A stretch of 64,000 nucleotides of DNA from Nitrososphaera sp. (lineage in GTDB: Archaea; Thermoproteota; Nitrososphaeria; Nitrososphaerales; Nitrososphaeraceae): positions 671 to 64,670 of the forward strand of contig JAHEZV010000002.1 in assembly GCA_023250885.1 (NCBI GenBank), in the 5' to 3' direction. Positions 49,362 to 58,961 of the stretch are shown here, piece by piece. How positions within the stretch are numbered: the stretch's first letter is position 1; every line of letters begins with the position of its first letter. The position numbers and the translations under genes are program-made. The notes under the pieces are model-generated. The model did no database searches. It was not told where the DNA came from and was given only the letters and a program-made list of their open reading frames with translations.

Positions 49362-50540
49362 CTATGAAAGTTTTTCAAAAAGCACATTTAGCTCGTGGTT
49401 GATGAGCTTTGCCTTGGCAAGCTTCATCCCGGCGGTTGCAATGGGAAGGGGGACAATGTTGACTATTTGCCCGACAGGCGTTCTGACGCTTACCGTGAGC
49501 TGGTCGCCGTAACGCTCTATAGAGAAGTCGTCCTTCTCAGTGAACGGCACCTGCACGGTCATGTTGATAGCAGAGCCCTCTTTGACAAAAAGATAGGGCT
49601 TACCGCGGTAGAATATCTTGCCCGGGTCATCAGTGCCAAAGAGCACTTCGCCGTGCTTTCTCAGCATGTCGATGCCGCGAAGTTCCGTGCCGTAGAGCTG
49701 CACCTCCTTTACAGGCAGCGGATAGAAATTGGCCTTGGCGTCCTGGACCTTTGAGCGCTGGTAGCTGGCCCACTTTGCATAGTATACGTCGGACGAGCCG
49801 GCCATTATCTTGTTCACCACTGCCATATCGACATTGATGCCGTAGAGGCTTGCAGACATGAGCGCTCTCTTGGCGTTCTCTATGCTGAACGTGTCCGGGT
49901 TTGCGATAAGCCTGATGCTTGTGACGTCGTTGTCCCTTATGATCTTGGCAAGCTCGTCAAGCCTGTCCAAAAAGTCCATCTCGCTATTTATCACTTCCCT
50001 ACTTGGAGCCGGTATCTTGGCTAAGGGCTGGAGCACCTTTGCAAAGCCGCTAAAGAGGCCTGCAAGGCCAGTTAGCTTCCTGCCGATGCTGCCGACTAGC
50101 TTTGGGAAATACAAATAACGCAACGCTTCGCCGGAGGCTGGCATGTCAAGCACCACCGCGTCAAATGACTTTGTGCGCTCGACTTCCTCTATTTTCAGTA
50201 ACGAAAATAATTGCGTCATGCCCGGGAGCATCGCAATCTCGTAGGCGAGCGTCTCGTCAATCCCCTTTGCTGAGAATATCGACGCCATGTACGACAGTAT
50301 CGGGTCATACTGCCTGCTCATTTCAGTGACCGGGTCTATTTGCAATGCAGTAAGATTAGGGATCATCTGCCTTGGGTCATAGCTGATCTCCTGCATCATG
50401 AAAGCGTCGCTGAGTGTGTGCGCCGGGTCTGCCGAGATCACCATCGTCATGTAACCCCGCTCGGCCATCTTGATGGCAGTCGCGCACGAAGTCACGGTCT
50501 TGCCAGTTCCGCCCTTGCCGGTATAGATTATGAGCCTCAA
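49362..50540 (-). CDS. arsA: ArsA/Get3-family ATPase with a C-terminal HSP20-like domain
   Basis: The deviant Walker A GKGGTGKT, DPAHTLSDAF, and a C-terminal beta-sandwich-like ~90 aa. Confidence 0.85.
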   Translation of the reverse strand: MRLIIYTGKGGTGKTVTSCATAIKMAERGYMTMVISADPAHTLSDAFMMQEISYDPRQMIPNLTALQIDPVTEMSRQYDPILSYMASIFSAKGIDETLAYEIAMLPGMTQLFSLLKIEEVERTKSFDAVVLDMPASGEALRYLYFPKLVGSIGRKLTGLAGLFSGFAKVLQPLAKIPAPSREVINSEMDFLDRLDELAKIIRDNDVTSIRLIANPDTFSIENAKRALMSASLYGINVDMAVVNKIMAGSSDVYYAKWASYQRSKVQDAKANFYPLPVKEVQLYGTELRGIDMLRKHGEVLFGTDDPGKIFYRGKPYLFVKEGSAINMTVQVPFTEKDDFSIERYGDQLTVSVRTPVGQIVNIVPLPIATAGMKLAKAKLINHELNVLFEKLS

Positions 50541-50617
50541 TGACTAGAAAAAGTCTTAGAGGGAATAAAAGAGTTTTTGCTTGCCGATTCGATTGTTTTT
50601 CGCCCCGGTCCAAAGCT

Positions 50618-51193
50618 TTACTCGGAACCAAATGAGCGCCAGATTTCAGACATTGTCACCTCAAGTTCCAGAACTTTCCCAAAGATAATAGCCTGCTCTT
50701 TGGCGTCTTCTAGGGAGTTGTGTGTACGCTCGAAGCTTATATCAAGTGCACGTTTTATTTTTCCTTTGACGGTTTCTGACCATTCACACTTTTCTTTGCC
50801 AGACCAGACCGACTTGATGTCAATCCCTGATATCCAGAAGGGATTGGTTCCATGAAAGCGGATAAAGTAATAGATGACAAAAGACCAATCAAAGCCTTGA
50901 TTAGATCCCACATAGATACGTCTTGTACCGAAGTTGTCTTGAGCCAGTCTGCAAACCTTTTCATGGCATCAGTTGGTTCTATGCCTCTCTTCTTTATGTC
51001 TTCAATTGTGAACCCGCTGACAGCGAGAGCCGCCTGCACATACTTTCCTGGGATGGGCTTCAATTTAATGTAAAATCCATTCTCGGTTTTTCCCACTTCA
51101 GATGCTCTTAGGCTAAGCATGCTATATTCTCCAGGTATCGGTCCGGATGCTTAGATGTCTACGGAAATGTATGCGGCTACAGATGTATATCAT
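50618..51193 (-). pseudogene. DEDDh 3'-5' exonuclease gene carrying a nonsense codon at the catalytic Glu and at least two frameshifts
   Basis: The frame reads YISVDI*ASGPIPGEYSMLSLRA, with TAA at 51153..51151 in the D-x-E position. The only upstream ATG (51193) is in another frame. A frameshift near 50925-50955 joins ORF 50755..51120 to ORF 50618..50911 (FGTRRIYVGSNQGFDWSF...THNSLEDA). Confidence 0.65.
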
Positions 51194-51375
51194 GAATCGA
51201 CAATAAACAGTCAATTTTGAACCTTATGCCTTGATCCATTCTGCGAGAGGCAGTGTAACGACCCATATATGAATAGGCCCTGAATAATTGTTCTTCAATT
51301 GTAGGATCTTAATGATCTGAATTATTGAAAAATAAAGAAGATTGGCTTACAGAATAGTTATATCTTCAATCGCTT

Positions 51376-52257
51376 ATGCTACCACAATTGCAAAGATATC
51401 ATTCTACTGTCTTTGTAGTAACTTTCGGCATCGCGTTAATTCTTTCCTCTTCCTTTGAAGGCTACTCATCGGCCCAAGAACAGGCAGAAGTTGTTGTCGG
51501 TGAAGGATCACGTCCAGCGTATATCTATGATTACGCTGACATTCTCAGCGCGGGCTACGAGGGATTGCTCGATGAATATGTCCGAAGGCTCGATGATACA
51601 ACAACCGCTGAAGTTGTGGTATATACGATACCAAGTTTCATAGGACACGGGATCAAAAAAGACGGTCAAGAAATTCAAGACAGAGACATGCTTGCCAATT
51701 ACATCTTCAATGAACTCTCACTTGATCGGGTGAAGGGTATTGGAAAGCAAGGAAAGGATAACGGGATCTTGCTTCTCATATCACTTGAAAGAGATGCTGG
51801 CGGAGGCTCCATTCGTCTGGAGATTGGCAGAGGTCTTGAAGGGGATGTCACTGATGGTACAGCTGGTCTAATCCTCAGCACTTACCTTGCGCCTGCAAGA
51901 GCAAAATATGAGGATTCAGGTGATGTGACAGTCTTTGATGATGCAATTTTTGACACCGTAGTTGCGGTAGGCGAGCGTATCGGATATTTTGACGATGATC
52001 CGATCTTTCAACCAACAAATAGAATCGATTATACGGGATACCAAGCAAAGCAGGATTATCTCAACAATCAAGATCTCTTTTACTATGTAATTATCTTCAT
52101 TATCATTTCGGTTGTAATCGCGGCTTTATCTATCAGACATGGCAGGAGGACGTCATCCTCCGGTAGCTGGATTCCCTCAGGAGGCGGGGGTTTTGGTGGA
52201 GGCGGAAGCGGTGGGGGTGGAGGTGGCGGTTCGGGAGGGGGCGGCGCCGGGAGATAG
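51376..52257 (+). CDS. TPM-domain (TLP18.3/Psb32/MOLO-1 family) protein with a C-terminal TM and Gly-rich tail
   Basis: YIYDYADILS...AEVVVYTI...NGILLLISL..R..RLEIGRGLEG. This is followed by a TM helix and GGGGFGGGGSGGGGGGGSGGGGAGR. Confidence 0.8.
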   Translation: MLPQLQRYHSTVFVVTFGIALILSSSFEGYSSAQEQAEVVVGEGSRPAYIYDYADILSAGYEGLLDEYVRRLDDTTTAEVVVYTIPSFIGHGIKKDGQEIQDRDMLANYIFNELSLDRVKGIGKQGKDNGILLLISLERDAGGGSIRLEIGRGLEGDVTDGTAGLILSTYLAPARAKYEDSGDVTVFDDAIFDTVVAVGERIGYFDDDPIFQPTNRIDYTGYQAKQDYLNNQDLFYYVIIFIIISVVIAALSIRHGRRTSSSGSWIPSGGGGFGGGGSGGGGGGGSGGGGAGR

Positions 52258-52319
52258 AGAATTGGCTCGCCCCTCGCAGGTCATTATAGAAATCATGTAT
52301 AAAGTCAACAGTTCTTAGC

Positions 52320-52553
52320 TTGAAGTATCTTATTTATTTTGATCAATGTAAGCCGAAGCAAAAAATGTTCAAGATGCTGGCCCTCCTAGTTTTTGGCATA
52401 CTTTTGGCTGCCTCTGGAATGTATCTAGTTACTACATACGGGCTTCCAGTGTTCATATTGCCGAACGTAAACTGGGCGACCATTGGCTTTGTATTGATTG
52501 TTGGGAGCGCTGCCTCCTTTGGGACAGCGTTCATAGCGTCAAGGTCGAGGTGA
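52320..52553 (+). CDS. Small two-TM membrane protein
   Basis: 77-aa ORF with a TTG start (ATG 52365 is more likely). Only ORF and hydrophobicity support. Confidence 0.4.
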   Translation: MKYLIYFDQCKPKQKMFKMLALLVFGILLAASGMYLVTTYGLPVFILPNVNWATIGFVLIVGSAASFGTAFIASRSR

Positions 52554-52996
52554 ACTAGAACACCAACAAAGTAGTCAGAACTGGATCTGGGCCCTAGGAC
52601 TCGCCTGCGTATGTAACTTGTCATTAAATTTTCATGCCTACAAGAAGCTATAGCTCACTTGTGTTTTTTGCAATATTTAGATTGGTAAGGTCTTCACAAA
52701 AGGCAAAGTGGGAATATCTTGATGAATGTGAGCCACCCCATCTGTGTTGGATCTGTGATAAATGTGGTTCGCATTTCCAAGCTTATCGATGGCTAAGATA
52801 ACATAAAAGGAAAAATCACTCTTAGTAGGATTATCTGGTTGATTAGTATCTTGCTATTGGTCTATCTACATAGAGATTCACCCAAAAAAGTTTGCATGAT
52901 TATTGAAAGCGAATTTTTATTCTCCCGTAGGGGATGGTATAGGAACGCAACAAAGCACGGCCTCCTTATTCACTAAATTACCTTGTATGTGCTTCT

Positions 52997-54046
52997 CTAA
53001 AATGAAGCACTATTGGAACGACTACTAAAATACTTCGAAATCTCTTGATCACCTTTGGCTGAAAGCCAAATAACTATCACAATAGATGCCGCAAGAATTG
53101 CGCCGATCGAATGACTGGAAAATTCAGGAATCGATGAACCATATGCCTCCTTTATCTGCGATATAGTAACTATCTTGAATCCCGCCCCGCGAATATCGTC
53201 TATCAACAATTCTAATTCGTGAATTTGTGCATGATCAACTTCATTACTAAAACCCAAGCCATCTCTTGATGAATATTCCTGCGGGTGCATCGTAACTACC
53301 GCATATCCAAATTTATTCGTGCCTTCCTTGATAGCTTTAAAGGTGTCGTTATGTAGGTTGCCGTACCATTGCCTATTATCTGAGTTCAGGTACCCAGTAG
53401 CGGCAGTCGAAGGAAAGTGAAAGATTGTGTCTGCGGCTGATGTACCCTTAGCGTAATCCGATTTATTCTCGTACTGTAATAGGAATGGGGGATAGCTCGT
53501 CGCATTCGCACTTATGTACTGAATACCATTTTCATGCACTGCTGTTATTGTCCCGTTGTTCAGACTGTTAAATGGTGGGATAAACACTGAAGGCTTCACT
53601 CCTATGGCTTCAATTATCTTGCTATTAGAATTCTGTATCAACTCTGATTGCATCTCTTTATCAAAGAGTGTGAAATCTTCATGATTCCAGCCATGGTTTG
53701 CTACCTCAATCATGGTACTATTATCAATTTTCCTGCTTTGAGCGATCTCGTCTTTTAGAAATGTAGTCAGCGGTTTATCATCACCAATGTGATTGCCAAT
53801 AATTCCAATTGTAAGACTCGCGTTATTCCCTTCAAAGGTCCTTATGACTTCCATTTGAGCTTGATTAAGAAAATAATCCTGAACATCGTCGAGCCTAAAT
53901 GCAACACAGTGGCATGAATGAGCAAACGCGGAAGCAGATTCTGATCGTTGATTTGCTACGCTGCCATTTTCTGTGGCACTAGAATCAGAAATATTGAAAA
54001 GCATCACTGATAGAACCAGGGTTAGAAATAACGGATTTAGCTTCAA
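52997..54046 (-). CDS. Polysaccharide deacetylase-like protein (CE4/DUF2334-type) with signal peptide and C-terminal TM
   Basis: VAFRLDDVQD and NHGWNHED metal/catalytic-type motifs. TTG start. Confidence 0.65.
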   Translation of the reverse strand: MKLNPLFLTLVLSVMLFNISDSSATENGSVANQRSESASAFAHSCHCVAFRLDDVQDYFLNQAQMEVIRTFEGNNASLTIGIIGNHIGDDKPLTTFLKDEIAQSRKIDNSTMIEVANHGWNHEDFTLFDKEMQSELIQNSNSKIIEAIGVKPSVFIPPFNSLNNGTITAVHENGIQYISANATSYPPFLLQYENKSDYAKGTSAADTIFHFPSTAATGYLNSDNRQWYGNLHNDTFKAIKEGTNKFGYAVVTMHPQEYSSRDGLGFSNEVDHAQIHELELLIDDIRGAGFKIVTISQIKEAYGSSIPEFSSHSIGAILAASIVIVIWLSAKGDQEISKYFSSRSNSASF

Positions 54047-54235
54047 AGCAGATTATTCTTCGAACCATGCCTAATAATCGATTGGGGCGTATTATAGATT
54101 TCATATGTGCCCTAATATGGCTATAAATGCTATGACCACCTCTATCAGGATAACAATGGCATTAGACGCTATATTAAGAAATTAATGTCAGAAAATACCA
54201 CATACTAACCACTTTAGATTATGGAAGTATCTTGA

Positions 54236-54385
54236 GAGAAGTTGGATCGGGAGAGGGTTCTCATCGTAGGGATCGATGGCTATATCGGTTGGAGTATGGC
54301 AACGAATCTTGCTACAATGGATCACAATGTAGCAGGAATTGACAACTTTTCCAGAAGAAATGTTGCCAAGATTGGATCGATTTAG
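54236..54385 (+). pseudogene. N-terminal stub (~50 aa) of an NAD-dependent epimerase/dehydratase (UDP-sulfoquinovose-synthase-like)
   Basis: Reads ERVLIVGIDGYIGWSMATNLATMDHNVAGIDNFSRRNVAKIGSI, then TAG followed by four stops within 14 codons. No start codon. Confidence 0.55.
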
Positions 54386-54424
54386 ATAGCATTGTAGACG
54401 AGAATACGATAGAAGAATTCGTAA

Positions 54425-55282
54425 GGACATTTTCATAAGCCTACAATAGGTGGAGAAAAAGGACATGTGAAAGCAGTTAATGCTGAGAAAAATGTGCTTA
54501 CAAAAATACAGGATACTTGGTATGACTTTTCTTTCAATATTGGCAATGCTGCTGAAAGTGTTTTTGGTACTGTAATCTGTATTTCTGGCTGCCTAGCAGC
54601 ATATCGCCGTGAAGCTACCGAGAATTTTATTCCGTATTAGGAAACTATAGACAAGAGCGCATTTGGAAGCGATAAGGAACTTACCGTGTATGTCCTTGCT
54701 CCAGCTCCAGTCAAGAAGGATCTATGCGAGATATTTGGTGGTAAGTTCTGGGTACCTATTTCTCAGAAATTAATGTCATTAATGGTACAATATGACGACT
54801 CTGAAGATCGCGGCTTAACAGCTTACTCGATCCTTACATGGAAGACAGTTTATGTAGTTTCTGCTCTGGGATATACTGATGTACCAGACAATTGGTGGCA
54901 ATTCATAAAGCAGCAAATTAGGTGGAAGAAAGGATTTCTGAGAACAAACCTTTTTGTAAATAGCTTCTTCTGGCGGAAACACCCTCTGGCACCGATCAAA
55001 TATTACGTTGAATTTATTTCAACAGTTGTAGCGCCGCTGGTAAACTTCGCGGTGCTGATTTATGTTGCGATATTCCTGAACAACTGGCCTTGGACGCTTA
55101 CTTTGCTTCGAGCATCGGTACCCGCCGGCCTGGCACAAGGATTTGACTATAAGTCCAGAGACCCAGGGGGAAGATACTTGATGTCTAAGCCTCTTAATAC
55201 AATGCTAACCTATCACGTTACCTCCTAGCTTATCTTTCCTGCGATATGGACCTACAGGAAAAATGTATGGAGGACAAGGTAA
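54425..55282 (+). pseudogene. 5'-truncated family-2 glycosyltransferase (processive NodC/HAS/chitin-synthase-like) with two in-frame TAG codons
   Basis: A single frame reads ...TVICISGCLAAYRRE...IPY*ETIDKSAFG...SEDRGLTAY...QQIRWKKG...TYHVTS*LIFPAIWTYRKNVWRTR*. The N-terminal catalytic half is missing. Confidence 0.65.
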
Positions 55283-55535
55283 AATGTCAGGAACAATTAG
55301 CGTTAAGGCTACGTCATTCGAAATAATACCTAACAGCAATAGTCAAGCTTCTTCAGAAGAATCTAGACGACAACTATCTGGCTATGTTAATGTCGAAGAT
55401 GATGTTGCTTCATTTGATGCATTAAAGGAATTATGCCTCAAAGAAAATGTCGATAATATCATAATTGTATATCATGATTATGCTTTTCGACTTGCAGACG
55501 TATCCCCCCTACGAAAACAATACGAATACCCCTAG
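55263..55535 (+). CDS. Hypothetical protein
   Basis: 90-aa ORF in the AT-rich island that overlaps the GT2 tail. ORF-level support only. Confidence 0.3.
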   Translation: MYGGQGKMSGTISVKATSFEIIPNSNSQASSEESRRQLSGYVNVEDDVASFDALKELCLKENVDNIIIVYHDYAFRLADVSPLRKQYEYP

Positions 55536-55697
55536 CACAAGACTAGGAGGCAGGTACAAGTTTTGCGCCAAAGATATACAGCTTGAAGGATTGCCCGGAT
55601 CTGAATCACGAATATGATGAGAGAAATTGATTCAAGCTTCCCGAAGACAGTACTTCTCAAATGTGTATTGAAAATTATTTAGTTCAAAATTGATCAG

Positions 55698-55928
55698 CTA
55701 ACCGTCCTCTGACTGCATAGGTTGTATCTTTCTGTTGCTGCATGAAGAGCACGAAACACGAGCAGTGAGTAGATTAATACCATGAGCAAGAAAGGAATTT
55801 TCCTCTTTATTCGTGATAGTTACGGGAGCATTGCAATATATACAGGGTTTGGTCAGAGCCAAGGCGAGTTCCTTGCTAATACACTCTTCTCGCCAAAGTA
55901 AATAAACATCGTGGAGCAGCTTTGTCAA
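55698..55928 (-). CDS. Hypothetical small protein with CxxC...CxxC
   Basis: 76-aa ORF with a TTG start, containing CIYC and CSSC pairs. Confidence 0.35.
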   Translation of the reverse strand: MTKLLHDVYLLWREECISKELALALTKPCIYCNAPVTITNKEENSFLAHGINLLTARVSCSSCSNRKIQPMQSEDG

Positions 55929-56227
55929 GCTACTAACCTATCTTCTTTTATGCCATCAGTTTGGATCAATAGCGATAAGAATGGGTGGTTCTGACTAATC
56001 TGGAGTCATGCTAAATTAGGGAAGGCGGGCAGGATCAGATAGCTTGATACAACCGTAATTCACCGTAACGCTTTACTTGGCCGGTAGTAATAGTTGCATA
56101 GGTTTGACTAGAAGTCATGTTTACAATTCTGTTAATCTTTGAGATTGTGCTTGTGATTGGCTGGTTGTATGAAGGCACTACTTACATAGGATTAGTAAGG
56201 GCCGGAAAGTAGAAGACCCGTCAATCC

Positions 56228-56770
56228 ATGAAGATATTGGTAGCGGAGGATGAACCAACTATCTCGATGCAATATCAGATAGTATTGGAAGAAAGAGGTC
56301 ATCTAGTCACGATAACGGGAAATGGCGAAGAATGCATGAACGCATACAGATCCGCTCTTGGCTTATGTGCTTCCGATGAGGAGAATAATGAATCTGTCTC
56401 GGACGAAGTATCTCCACCATTTGATATTGTAATATTGGACTACAGAATGCCAAAGAAAGATGGACTGGCTGCAGCTATAGAGATACTAGGGCTTTGTCCA
56501 ACCCAAAGGATCATGTTTGCATCTGCCTATACCGCTGAGACTTTGGTCAATGCGGTGAAGAATTTACACAAGGTAGTTGAACTCTTGCACAAGCCATTTG
56601 ACTTGGAATATTTTGTTGATGCGGTTGAAGATAAAGCTCTGTATGAGCAATTAGAGAGGCTCAATATCCGGATAAGAGAGCTAAAAGACTACAACATTAC
56701 ACATTCCCAGCTTGCGGATTTGCTCAAAGGCGCAAAAAAGCTTCAAAACCTTGTCCTGTATAGCAGTTAG
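56228..56770 (+). CDS. Orphan response-regulator receiver (CheY-like) protein with a C-terminal helical region
   Basis: KILVAEDEP, acceptor-Asp context IVILDYRMPKKDG, and the conserved HKPF. No output domain and no kinase nearby. Confidence 0.8.
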   Translation: MKILVAEDEPTISMQYQIVLEERGHLVTITGNGEECMNAYRSALGLCASDEENNESVSDEVSPPFDIVILDYRMPKKDGLAAAIEILGLCPTQRIMFASAYTAETLVNAVKNLHKVVELLHKPFDLEYFVDAVEDKALYEQLERLNIRIRELKDYNITHSQLADLLKGAKKLQNLVLYSS

Positions 56771-56873
56771 TCAGGTTCTGGCAGAACTAGTCGATAAAAC
56801 ATTGTTCATGTAGACTCTCATAGCGATCCGAATAATAACGACCAAGACTGTTCAAAAGTACTAGTAGTGGTAA

Positions 56874-57950
56874 ATGCCAAAGGCGTTGGTGGAAAGACAG
56901 CAAAATATTAGAAAGCCTCTGACAGATTTAGGAGTGGCCAACCTTCTGTTCTATTGCGATAATGATGACTGCATGAGTTATCTTCTACAGCTCGGGTTGA
57001 AAGACAGAATAGATCTGGTCTACATCGACCCGCCATTCCATTCAGGCGAACGGTATTTCCACCGAATTGACAACCATTCCGACGTTGCCTTCGCAGATGT
57101 ATGGAGAAGCCATGAGTATCTAGGAATGATGCGTTCAAGGCTGGGCAACATTTGGGGGCTGCTCGCTCCGACCGGCTCTATTTTTGTTCATCTTGATTGG
57201 CACGCGCTCCATTACGTAAAGGTAATAATGGATGAAATTTTTGGTCCCGAAAATTTTAGGAATGAGATAATCGTAAAAAGAGGACGCAGGAAGAATTTGC
57301 AATATCAGTTCAAGTCCTTGGATAGAATGCATAATGCATTTGATTCCATACTATGGTATTCCAAATCCAAAGACGCAAAATTTCCCCTACCACTTGTAGA
57401 ACAAAGCTCAAAATCAAAGTGGATGGGTTTTTGGAGTAACGTCAACCGCCCAACAATGCGTTATGAAATCTTTGGTTATACACCTGAAAGAGGACAATGG
57501 AAATGGTCAAAAGAAAGGGCCTTTCTTGCGATTGCGAATTATGGACTGTATGAAAAAGAATTCTCTTCCCGCATGTCACTTGAAGAATATTGGGAATTAT
57601 CAGGAAGAAAGGTGGAATTTATCAGAAAGCGTAACAACGTAAAGTACGCCGAATATTGGATTCCGCCGAAGACTCACAAGATCCTCGACAATATCTGGCT
57701 GGATATTGAGGCGTACAATTATTCCACCGGATATCCAACGGAGAAGCACGAACAACTGCTAGAAAGGATAATAAACCTATTTTCAAGACCCGGCAATATC
57801 GTGGCTGATTTTTTTTGTGGTTCGGGCACAACGCTTGTTGTCGCACAAAGACTCGAGCGCCATTGGATAGGCTGTGATTCTTCTCCTACAGCAATGTCAG
57901 TAACAAAAAAGAGGCTTGGAAATACCAAGTTTAGACTCGTGACGTTATAG
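56874..57950 (+). CDS. Beta-class DNA methyltransferase with a DPPF motif (N6-adenine type likely); no adjacent endonuclease
   Basis: Motif IV LVYIDPPFHSG lies N-terminal to YPTEKHEQLLERII and motif I ADFFCGSGTTLVVAQRLERHWIGCD. Confidence 0.8.
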   Translation: MPKALVERQQNIRKPLTDLGVANLLFYCDNDDCMSYLLQLGLKDRIDLVYIDPPFHSGERYFHRIDNHSDVAFADVWRSHEYLGMMRSRLGNIWGLLAPTGSIFVHLDWHALHYVKVIMDEIFGPENFRNEIIVKRGRRKNLQYQFKSLDRMHNAFDSILWYSKSKDAKFPLPLVEQSSKSKWMGFWSNVNRPTMRYEIFGYTPERGQWKWSKERAFLAIANYGLYEKEFSSRMSLEEYWELSGRKVEFIRKRNNVKYAEYWIPPKTHKILDNIWLDIEAYNYSTGYPTEKHEQLLERIINLFSRPGNIVADFFCGSGTTLVVAQRLERHWIGCDSSPTAMSVTKKRLGNTKFRLVTL

Positions 57951-58010
57951 GGAAGGCAGCAAAGATCGTGTGGTTATGGCGAGCTAACTCTTGCTCCCAT
58001 CCAAATCGAT

Positions 58011-58154
58011 CTAGTGTTGTTCTACTTGATCTGAATCAGAAATTATTCTAGATTTCTTATCTCTAGGCATCCTGCCGACCTCCGTATAGCAACTGTAGCA
58101 CAGCTCGTTATACGCTACATCAGTAGTACTGTGGCACTTCAGACACAATATCAT
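58011..58154 (-). CDS. 47-aa zinc-ribbon protein
   Basis: MILCLKCHSTTDVAYNELCYSCYTEVGRMPRDKK... Its ATG 58154 overlaps the stop of the upstream C2H2 ORF (ATGA). Confidence 0.4.
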   Translation of the reverse strand: MILCLKCHSTTDVAYNELCYSCYTEVGRMPRDKKSRIISDSDQVEQH

Positions 58155-58471
58155 TTGAAGGAACCACCTCTGACTTTCGATGAAAAATTCTCTGAGTCCT
58201 TGATGGTCGTAAGGTGCCACGCACGTATCGCCTCTTCTAGGCTCCATTCATGGGAAAGCACGAGGTGCCCAATGAACTCCTTTTTGCTGTTCAGCGGTGT
58301 TTTACATAACCCACAATTTATTATCTCGCGGCTCATGCGTCCGTCTTCTAGGAACAACGCATCTTTATTATCTTGATGGATGTACGTTCTGGATACACAC
58401 CATATCTTAGCATCAATAGGCGCAAACAAGGAAAGCTTGCTGGGAGCAGGAATTCTTTTCCCCGCTCCCAA
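58151..58471 (-). CDS. Small C2H2 zinc-finger protein
   Basis: CGLCKTPLNSKKEFIGHLVLSH has C-x2-C-x12-H-x4-H spacing. Start is TTG 58471 or ATG 58336. Confidence 0.45.
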   Translation of the reverse strand: MGAGKRIPAPSKLSLFAPIDAKIWCVSRTYIHQDNKDALFLEDGRMSREIINCGLCKTPLNSKKEFIGHLVLSHEWSLEEAIRAWHLTTIKDSENFSSKVRGGSFK

Positions 58472-58526
58472 GGGAACTTAGCCTGGTCAGTATACATTAA
58501 TTAAACAGAACCGTCGTCGATCGATT

Positions 58527-58961
58527 GTGACCAAAGCGCAGTCCACCGAATATGAAACCCTGCTTAAAAGGCTGCAGGACAAGCTAGGCGGCACTGCCAA
58601 GAAGGCAAGGTCACGCCTTGAAATTCCCGCTCCGCAAATCATCTGGGTTGGCAAGAACACAATCTTTCGCAACTTTGTGGAATTTCCAAGAGCGCTTAGG
58701 CGAGATCCGGAAAAGCTGCTCCTCTACCTCAACAAAGAGCTTGCCTCTGCCGGCTACATCGCCGGCGATAGGGTAATATTCTTGGGCCGCAAGACCCCGT
58801 CTTCATTTGGCGCCCTGATCGATCGCTACGTCAAGGACTATGTCCAGTGCCCAGTATGTGGCAGTCCAGATACGCATACTGAAAAGAGCAAACCCAAGGT
58901 TGCATTTTTGATCTGCGAAGCATGTGGTGCCAAGTCGTCGATAAAAGGTAATTATGCCTAA
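58527..58961 (+). CDS. eif2b: Translation initiation factor aIF2 beta subunit
   Basis: YETLLKRL, TIFRNFVEF, and a C-terminal zinc ribbon CPVCGSPDT...CEACGA. GTG start. Confidence 0.9.
   Translation: MTKAQSTEYETLLKRLQDKLGGTAKKARSRLEIPAPQIIWVGKNTIFRNFVEFPRALRRDPEKLLLYLNKELASAGYIAGDRVIFLGRKTPSSFGALIDRYVKDYVQCPVCGSPDTHTEKSKPKVAFLICEACGAKSSIKGNYA

Noticed and set aside
52690-52800. Possible 36-39-aa Cys/His ORF (…EYLDECEPPHLCWICDKCGSHFQAYRWLR) in the island spacer.
   Set aside because: It has no ATG, only a weak TTG start, and sits in an AT-rich non-coding-looking context. It may instead be a fragment of a decayed gene.
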